Of a stretch of 42,511 bases of DNA, positions 17,555-24,604 are shown piece by piece. Under the pieces are notes generated by a model. The model was not told the origin of the DNA, ran no database searches, and saw only the letters and a list, made by a program, of their open reading frames with translations. Position 1 is the stretch's first letter. Each line of letters begins with the position of its first letter. Location of the stretch: sequence record DRR723986_5138; one strand, 5' to 3'. The translations under genes and the position numbers were made by a program.

Positions 17555-17947
17555 ATGTTGCCCGTTTCGCTCGGCACGGTTTTTGTCTTGCTCTGTCTTT
17601 TTCAGGTCAAGCATATGTTTGCGGATTATTTCCTGCAGACGCCCAAAATGCTATGCGGACGCGGTGAGTACTGGCATCTGGGGCGTGCTCAACATGCTGG
17701 CGTTCACGTCCTAGGTTCAATTCTGGTCTTTCTAATTGTTGGGGCTCCGCTCACTTTCATAGCCCTTATCGTCGCGGCCGAGTGGGTCGTGCATTTCAAC
17801 ATAGACTACGGAAAAGCCAGCTATTCAGAAAAGAAGAAGCTGACCCCCACCCAAGCCATATTCTGGCGTGCTGCTGGGTTTGATCAGTGTTTACACCAAC
17901 TTACATATATTGCGATGGCCTGGCTCTGGGTCGTTTACGCGCACTGA
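17555..17947 (+). CDS. DUF3307 family membrane protein
   Basis: HMFADYFLQ, HAGVH, HFNIDYGK, DQCLHQL motifs within hydrophobic helices. Strong RBS GAGGAGG before ATG 17555. Confidence 0.85.
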   Translation: MLPVSLGTVFVLLCLFQVKHMFADYFLQTPKMLCGRGEYWHLGRAQHAGVHVLGSILVFLIVGAPLTFIALIVAAEWVVHFNIDYGKASYSEKKKLTPTQAIFWRAAGFDQCLHQLTYIAMAWLWVVYAH

Positions 17948-19653
17948 TTTCTTTCCGCAGCAAAAGCAGGGACCGGATTTGCATAACCTTTAAGCGCAAT
18001 CGGTTCGAGTGGATCATAAACCACATCCCCTAAAATCGCAGCCGTCTGGGTGGCCTGATCAACCAGCACTTGTCCCGGTGCGGCTTTGCTACACAACCGC
18101 GCCGATAGATTGACAGTCGATCCCAGAACCGTGAAATCCATTCGTTCACTCGCGCCCATAGCGCCCATCACAACCTCGCCTGAGGCCACGCCGATGCCAA
18201 CATGTAATCCATGTTCAGGGTGATTTTTGAGCAAACCAGCCATGGCCTCGTTGATTTCAACGGAACAGGCGACAGCGCGGGCTTCCATGTTTTCGCCTTC
18301 GAAAACCGCGACCAATGCGTCGCCAACGAATTTATCGACGTCCCCGTTGTGCGCGCCGACGATATCTGCCTGCACATCAAAATACTGATTCAGCACCTCG
18401 ATCACCACTTCGGGCGGAACACTTTCTGAGAATTCGGTATAACCGCGAATGTCGGTAAATATGACCGAGACCCGGCGCCGTTCGCCGCCTCGTTCCATGC
18501 CTTCTTGATCTGCGCGCTGGATGGCTGAAACCGTGCCGTGGGACACAAATTTCATCAGCTCAACACGCTCCCCAAGGTGGGCAATCATTTCATTGAAGCG
18601 TAGAGCCAGATCCCCGATTTCATCCCGTGTTCGAACATTTTCCACGCGGGTCGCAAATTTGCCCTCACCAACCTGCTTCGCCGCTTCTCCGATCTTCAGA
18701 ATGGGCTGCGTCAGGCGCTGAGCAAACAAAAGCGCGCCCAGTGAGGCCAGCACAAATCCAATCAAACCCACGATCAAGATCTGGCGCGTGATCGCATTGA
18801 CGACCGCATAGGCCTTGTCTTCGCTCAATTCGGTTATCACCGCCCACGGGAACCACTCAGGGAACGCATAAGCCCCCAACACCGCCGTCCCATCCGGACG
18901 AACATAAGGTTCTAGAGCATCAGCGCGGGCACTGGCCACGATCAGTGGTAAAGTGGAGGCAACGATTTGCCGACGTGTTAGCAATTCAGACTTCTCAGCC
19001 AAAACCCGCTGCCCGCTTTGATCAACAACCGTGATTTCACCGCGCTGTGCAAAGGGATGTCGCTGAACCATGTCCCCCAGCAACGTTAGATCAATTTTAG
19101 CGGCCATCATGACCTGACGACCAGCGATCCGTGTGGTTAAGGGGAGCGCCAGTGTCGCGATCCAATCCCCTGTCGCCCCCATTTGCGCGATGACTGGCCG
19201 ACCGAATTGCCCCGTCTCTGCGATCGCTTTGATCAGGTCGGGTGAGGTCGAGAGCACTTGCACCGGATCCACCCCGGCATCACGCACGCGTGCCGCAAAT
19301 TGTTCGTTTGTCACAAGAATAGGCAGGTCAGACCCTTCGATCGACAACTGCAAAGACACCACTTGGGGCAGTTCCTGTAAGCCCAATGTCAGCAATGAAA
19401 TTTTTTGCGGCACCCCAAGGTCCGAGCTGTCGACTCCGTTGCGAATGACCATCAACGGGGTCAACCACCGCCCCTGAAACGTGTTGTCAAACGACGTCCG
19501 CAGCGCGGTTGCCACAGTTGTCAAATCTTCGTTTGCCGCGCTTTTCAGCTCATCCCGTGTCAGGCGCGTCAGGTTTTGTGACACCAACACCAAAGGCCCC
19601 ACGGCCAAGAGCACGGCAAAAACAAAGAACTTGAGGCGCAAAGGGAATCTCAT
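17935..19653 (-). CDS. Membrane adenylate cyclase, class IIIb (TM-periplasmic Cache-like-TM-HAMP-cyclase)
   Basis: Two TM helices. HAMP (DEIGDLALRFNEM). Catalytic FTDIRG, DKFVGD, DFTVLG, VNLSAR. Lys/Thr specificity pair indicates ATP. Alternative starts 19656 and 19662. Confidence 0.92.
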   Translation of the reverse strand: MRFPLRLKFFVFAVLLAVGPLVLVSQNLTRLTRDELKSAANEDLTTVATALRTSFDNTFQGRWLTPLMVIRNGVDSSDLGVPQKISLLTLGLQELPQVVSLQLSIEGSDLPILVTNEQFAARVRDAGVDPVQVLSTSPDLIKAIAETGQFGRPVIAQMGATGDWIATLALPLTTRIAGRQVMMAAKIDLTLLGDMVQRHPFAQRGEITVVDQSGQRVLAEKSELLTRRQIVASTLPLIVASARADALEPYVRPDGTAVLGAYAFPEWFPWAVITELSEDKAYAVVNAITRQILIVGLIGFVLASLGALLFAQRLTQPILKIGEAAKQVGEGKFATRVENVRTRDEIGDLALRFNEMIAHLGERVELMKFVSHGTVSAIQRADQEGMERGGERRRVSVIFTDIRGYTEFSESVPPEVVIEVLNQYFDVQADIVGAHNGDVDKFVGDALVAVFEGENMEARAVACSVEINEAMAGLLKNHPEHGLHVGIGVASGEVVMGAMGASERMDFTVLGSTVNLSARLCSKAAPGQVLVDQATQTAAILGDVVYDPLEPIALKGYANPVPAFAAERNQCA

Positions 19654-19698
19654 CACCGCCAACCTAACGGATTAGAACCCGCCCGTCGTGTCAAATTC

Positions 19699-22600
19699 TC
19701 ATCCGTCTTGACCGCGTTCAGTGGCAGAAACCGTGATGCTATCCTGACTGATCCCACAAGACAGCCCCGTCGCATCCTGTGCTTTTACAGTAACGGTGTA
19801 ATCGCCAGTGCTTGCAAAGCGGTGGCGGACAACAGCGCCGCTGGCGGTCGTGCCGTCACCAAAGTCCCAAGAGAGGCGCACGCCCTGACCGTCGGAATCC
19901 GTTGCATCAATTGCTTCAAAGCGCTCCACATCATGGGCGGCACCGACCCGAATACTGCGATCTGCCCCTGCATCAACTGCCGGTGAGGCATTCACCAGAA
20001 CACGCGCTGTGTCGGTTCCAATGTTGCACCCTGCTGCTTGGCTATCGTCCCGGACATGCAGTTTGACCATCAGATCTGCGGGGGTTTCAAAAATGCGCTC
20101 AACCCGTTGCCCTTGTAGTTCAACCCCATCGCTGAATTCCCAGACCCAGCTTTGCAACGCGCCATCCAGATCCCCCGAGGCACTTGCATCGAACACTACA
20201 GGGGTCCCCGGACACACCACCCGATCAGGTCCGGCCAATGCAGCCGGTTGTGCATTCACACGGACATAAATCTCTTCGGCCCGCTGGCTGCTCAGCAACG
20301 CACCCCCGTCATCCAGCAAAGCACGAACAGGAAACAGACCGGGGCTGTCAAAGGCATGCATTACTGTCGCCCCTTGGGCAGTTGCCCCATCCCCGAAAGA
20401 CCAGTCCACTTGAGTATCGGCAGCGGCCGCAACGGTCCACGGCATCTCAACCCCGGGACAGACCGCCCCCGGGGATACCAAGCCCGCGATCGGCGCGGGA
20501 TGCACCGTGATGTCATGCACAACACTGGCTGAGCTATTGCCAACGGCGGAATCGTCCTGTGCTGTCAGGGTCACCTCATAGGTTCCGGGGCTGTCAAACC
20601 GGTGCACCGCAGACACTGACGTGCCGGTTGAGCCGTCGCCAAAATTCCAACCGAAATGAATGATTGCCCCGTCGCGATCGACCGACTGTCCTGCATCAAA
20701 CCGGACGTCTTGCCCCACGGCAACGCGATCAGGCGCATCAATCGCGGGTTCAGGGGCCGCATTCACTAAAACCTTGCGTCGAATTTCCAAGGCATTACAT
20801 CCTTCGGTTCCCCCGGTCAGTTCGGCTTTCAATGTCACAAAGTACTCACCCGCGGTTTCAAAGGCATGGGTAACGTCTTGACCCGTTGCCGTTGTGCCGT
20901 CTGAAAAGACCCAGGTCAGGCTTTGCAATTCCGCTTCGCCCAACTGCTCGATATGTGCCGAAAATCCGGCTGGTCGTCCGACGGCGGCGCGCTCGGAGCC
21001 AACAATCGATAAGCTGGGTGCGGCGACCACTTTGATGTTCGCCACGTCGGAGTCCAAAGGACTGCAAGCCCCTTGCGCATCCCCAGTTATGGTCAACGTC
21101 ACGGCATAGTCCCCAGGTCTGGTAAAGGTATGAACAGGCGTCGCACCGCTGCCATTCCCGCCATCCCCAAAGGTCCACGCATAGGCATTTACCGCGCCAT
21201 CGGCGTCTGTTGATTCAGACCCATCAAACCGTACGAGTTGATTTGAGCACACGGTTCGATCTTCGCCAGCTGCTGCAATAGGCCCCTCACGGACCAAAGC
21301 TGCAATCCGGTCAAGGCTGGTGCCATGATCTGTACCCGATTCATTGCGCACGCTCAGTGTAACGGGGTAAATCCCCGGCATTTCGTACGTTTTTGTTGGA
21401 TTAATCAGGTCAGAGCCCGTTTGGTCCCCGAAATCCCACTCGTAGAGCAACAAACCGCCATCGGGGTCCGTGCTGGCTGAGGCATCAAACAAAATCGGTT
21501 CACCGGAACACACATCACGATTGCCGCCGGCATCTGCAACAGGTCGGGCTTTGATCGTCACAGTGGTGGCATCGACCGCCAGCGCATTACTCAGACCCGT
21601 TCCATCATCCACACGGAGGGTGACCGGAAACACACCTGCGCGCGCATAAACATGTGTAACCTGTTCCCCAAACACCGGGGCGGATCCATCCCCGAAATCC
21701 CACTGATGGATCAATGCATCCCCATCTGCGTCTTTCGACGCAGACGCATCAAAGCTGACATAAAGCCGGTCCGTCACAATAGCCTCGCCCGCTTCGGCGA
21801 GAGGGGGGTGGTTGACGCGGATCGTCAGATCATCGCTATCCGTTCCGTTCAAAACCCCACTGCTATCCGTGACGATCAACTGAGCCGACCAAACACCGGG
21901 GCTAAGGTAGGCGCGTTCTACAGTCATTGCGTCTAGCGGTGCGCCAAGATCGTCAAACACCCACCGATAGCTTGCCAATTGCCCGTCTGGATCAAAGCTG
22001 TGACCGGCGTCGAATTTCAGCGTGTCCCCGGGTGCGATCAGACGATCTGCGCCGGCCACAGCGACAGGAGGCGCATTGACCGAGATCATGACCTCAGCTT
22101 CATCTTCTGATGGGATCCCTTGGAAATTGTCAGCGACCCGCAATCGGATACGATGCAACCCCGGCGCGCTCAGACTGTGCGCAGCGCGTTGACCGGCCTG
22201 TGTCGTACCATCCGGGAACGTCCACAGATATTGCGAAATCTCACCATCTGGATCGACAGAGGCCCGCCCCGAAACGACGAACTCTTCATCCGGTGCCACA
22301 ACCTGCCCCGGCCCTGCATCTGCGATTGGGGCTGCATTGACAGTCACCAGCATTATATCACGATCAACATTCAACGGTGCGCCGCTGTCATCGCGCACGC
22401 GCAAGGCCACAGTATAGATCCCGGCCCGCAGAAAGGCGTGGGTGACCTGCTGTCCCATTGCGGTTTTGCCATCGCCAAAGTCCCAGAGCCATTCGCTTAC
22501 GGTGCCATCTGGATCCTGCGATTGCCCACCATCGAACATGACCTCACTTGTGCTGACAAATTGATCTGGTCCTGCGTTGGCAACGGGGGCCGCATCAACC

Positions 22601-24558
22601 CGCACCACCATCGACGTCGACTGAAGCGCGGTATCCGTGCCGCTGTCATCTTCGACGGACAGGGTGACGGTGAATTCGCCCGCTTGTGTCCAAGCATAGT
22701 TGGCTACCGGCCCTTCACCGATGGCCCCATCGCCAAAGTCCCAGATGTAAGAGAGGATTTGACCATCTGGGTCGACCGAAGCCGCTCCATCCAAAACGGC
22801 GACCTCAGACACAGAGATAGGGCGGTCAGGGATGGTAAAGGACGGCACCGGTGGAGCGTTAACTTGCACCCGCATGACGTCGGTGGCTTGATTGTTCGCA
22901 ACACCGCTGTTGTCGATCACCGTCAATCCAACATGATAAGTGCCCGATTGGGCGTATTGATGCGTGACGGTCTGCCCCTCTAACACCGTGCCATCGCCCA
23001 TGTCCCAGCGCCATGTTTCGATCAAACCATCCACATCATAGCTGGCCCCGCCAGAGGCAACGACGGATTGCCCGACAATCGCGCTCTGATCTGTTCCGGC
23101 TTCTGCAACCGGGGGGACATTCACAATCACGCGCCGGATGGCTGTGCCAAAATTACAGGGGTGCAGGCTATCGTCTTGAACCCGCAAAACGGCCCGGTAT
23201 TGCCCCGGCGTAGCATATACGTTTTGGGCCTGCGCTCCCTCTGCCTTGTTGCCGTCGCCAAAATTCCACAGAAAGCCAGAAATCGGGCTATCCGAAGCCT
23301 GCGATCCAGATCCGTCAAAATCGACGGGCTGCCCCGGTGCAACGATGATATCGGCCCCTGGTACGGCCACCGGCGCATTGCGCACGTGAACCGGAACCGT
23401 TAGCGCATCCCCACGCCCCGGACGCGTGCCCGGCTCTAGGATTTCCAATCGCGCTAAATAGCGCCCTGGCTCGGTATACCGATGCGCAATCACCGGTTCG
23501 GTCGAGGTTTGCCCATTGCCGAAATCCCAAAGATACCCCAAAGGGCTTGCACCACTTGAGGCGCTGGCGTCGAACGCAACTGACCGACAATCGGCCAACG
23601 GACGGCCAATCGCCGTCGCCGTGGGGCGTGCAGGGGTTGAGGCACGACGGGGCGGCATGCTCAGCGGGATCGCATCCCCGTTTGCATCAAAAACGGCCAA
23701 CGTCACATCATTGGGCGTTTCAAACCCTCCTTCTAGACTGATCGCCAGATTGGTCTCGGTGGTTTCAACCGCATCCGAAGTCCAGAAATCTTGCCCCGAA
23801 ATCCGCAACCCAAGATCGGCGTAATCCGTCACCAAGGCCAAGGTGCCATTTGCGCCATCAAAGCTTTGCACTTGCATCGGGCCATCAACGGTCCGGGTGA
23901 ACCAGACCTGTGTCGCGGCCTTGTTGGCAGACCAGCGCACAGTCGGTCGATAGGCAAACATCTGCAATCCAGCCGGGGCGCGGCTACGGTCGCGCGACAG
24001 GCTGACGTCGAGCGAAAACCCGTTGCCGTCGTTTCCTTTGCTGCCCTGCACATCAATGCGGAAATAGGAGCGTCCGTCGATCACCTCGCCTTGGCGAGAT
24101 TTAACGACACCCAAAGTCACCCAACGGCCATCGGTTCTCCGATCAGAGCCATAAGCCTTTTCCTTGATCACCTTACCCGGTTGCGTCACCGGGTCATGGG
24201 GAATGATACGTGGCTCTCGCGCACGGTCAGCAACGGGCTCAGGGCGCTCTGCTTGAGAGAAGGCCCCCTTCCCTCCGAATAGACGGAACGTGGTTTCCGA
24301 GTCGCCAGCGCCACCATAGGTGAAATCATCCTGCCCCCCGACTTCGGGATCGAAAAGGCGCACATAAACCCGGTCTTTCATGTCAGCGGGCACGGAAAAG
24401 AAGACTTGTTCGCGGCGATCCACGTCCCCTTCGCGGCTAGGCGCCTTGGGGCCATAGACCACTAATATTCCGTCAGAGACCAACGTCTGCGCCTGAGCGC
24501 CCCCTAAGGACAAAGCGACTGCCAGCGTTACCGCTGCCCAAATCCGTATCATCCCCAT
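19699..24558 (-). CDS. Large secreted protein (1619 aa): unknown N-terminal domain + 15 PKD domains
   Basis: RBS GAGGAG before ATG 24558. Signal peptide ending AQA. Fifteen W-x-F-x-D-G type PKD cores counted, many with SxDxDG motifs. Confidence 0.9.
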   Translation of the reverse strand: MGMIRIWAAVTLAVALSLGGAQAQTLVSDGILVVYGPKAPSREGDVDRREQVFFSVPADMKDRVYVRLFDPEVGGQDDFTYGGAGDSETTFRLFGGKGAFSQAERPEPVADRAREPRIIPHDPVTQPGKVIKEKAYGSDRRTDGRWVTLGVVKSRQGEVIDGRSYFRIDVQGSKGNDGNGFSLDVSLSRDRSRAPAGLQMFAYRPTVRWSANKAATQVWFTRTVDGPMQVQSFDGANGTLALVTDYADLGLRISGQDFWTSDAVETTETNLAISLEGGFETPNDVTLAVFDANGDAIPLSMPPRRASTPARPTATAIGRPLADCRSVAFDASASSGASPLGYLWDFGNGQTSTEPVIAHRYTEPGRYLARLEILEPGTRPGRGDALTVPVHVRNAPVAVPGADIIVAPGQPVDFDGSGSQASDSPISGFLWNFGDGNKAEGAQAQNVYATPGQYRAVLRVQDDSLHPCNFGTAIRRVIVNVPPVAEAGTDQSAIVGQSVVASGGASYDVDGLIETWRWDMGDGTVLEGQTVTHQYAQSGTYHVGLTVIDNSGVANNQATDVMRVQVNAPPVPSFTIPDRPISVSEVAVLDGAASVDPDGQILSYIWDFGDGAIGEGPVANYAWTQAGEFTVTLSVEDDSGTDTALQSTSMVVRVDAAPVANAGPDQFVSTSEVMFDGGQSQDPDGTVSEWLWDFGDGKTAMGQQVTHAFLRAGIYTVALRVRDDSGAPLNVDRDIMLVTVNAAPIADAGPGQVVAPDEEFVVSGRASVDPDGEISQYLWTFPDGTTQAGQRAAHSLSAPGLHRIRLRVADNFQGIPSEDEAEVMISVNAPPVAVAGADRLIAPGDTLKFDAGHSFDPDGQLASYRWVFDDLGAPLDAMTVERAYLSPGVWSAQLIVTDSSGVLNGTDSDDLTIRVNHPPLAEAGEAIVTDRLYVSFDASASKDADGDALIHQWDFGDGSAPVFGEQVTHVYARAGVFPVTLRVDDGTGLSNALAVDATTVTIKARPVADAGGNRDVCSGEPILFDASASTDPDGGLLLYEWDFGDQTGSDLINPTKTYEMPGIYPVTLSVRNESGTDHGTSLDRIAALVREGPIAAAGEDRTVCSNQLVRFDGSESTDADGAVNAYAWTFGDGGNGSGATPVHTFTRPGDYAVTLTITGDAQGACSPLDSDVANIKVVAAPSLSIVGSERAAVGRPAGFSAHIEQLGEAELQSLTWVFSDGTTATGQDVTHAFETAGEYFVTLKAELTGGTEGCNALEIRRKVLVNAAPEPAIDAPDRVAVGQDVRFDAGQSVDRDGAIIHFGWNFGDGSTGTSVSAVHRFDSPGTYEVTLTAQDDSAVGNSSASVVHDITVHPAPIAGLVSPGAVCPGVEMPWTVAAAADTQVDWSFGDGATAQGATVMHAFDSPGLFPVRALLDDGGALLSSQRAEEIYVRVNAQPAALAGPDRVVCPGTPVVFDASASGDLDGALQSWVWEFSDGVELQGQRVERIFETPADLMVKLHVRDDSQAAGCNIGTDTARVLVNASPAVDAGADRSIRVGAAHDVERFEAIDATDSDGQGVRLSWDFGDGTTASGAVVRHRFASTGDYTVTVKAQDATGLSCGISQDSITVSATERGQDG
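19710..23630 (-). repeat. Tandem array of 15 diverged PKD-domain coding repeats (about 85-90 aa each)
   Basis: Recurrent NAPPVAxAG / FDxSxSxDPDG / WDFGDG / HxYxxPGxYxVTLxVxD pattern in the protein; DNA is diverged. Confidence 0.85.
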
Positions 24559-24604
24559 GGTCGTCTCCTCCTTTGCCGGTTTTGCGCTCAAAACCCGGCA
24601 TCTG

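Noticed and set aside
22120-22983. 287-aa plus-strand ORF and other ORFs opposite the PKD gene
   Set aside because: Antisense shadows produced by codon bias; no RBS or family motifs.
19710-23630. PKD repeats as a CRISPR array or DNA tandem repeat
   Set aside because: The periodicity is at protein level with diverged DNA; no identical repeats with spacers and no cas genes.
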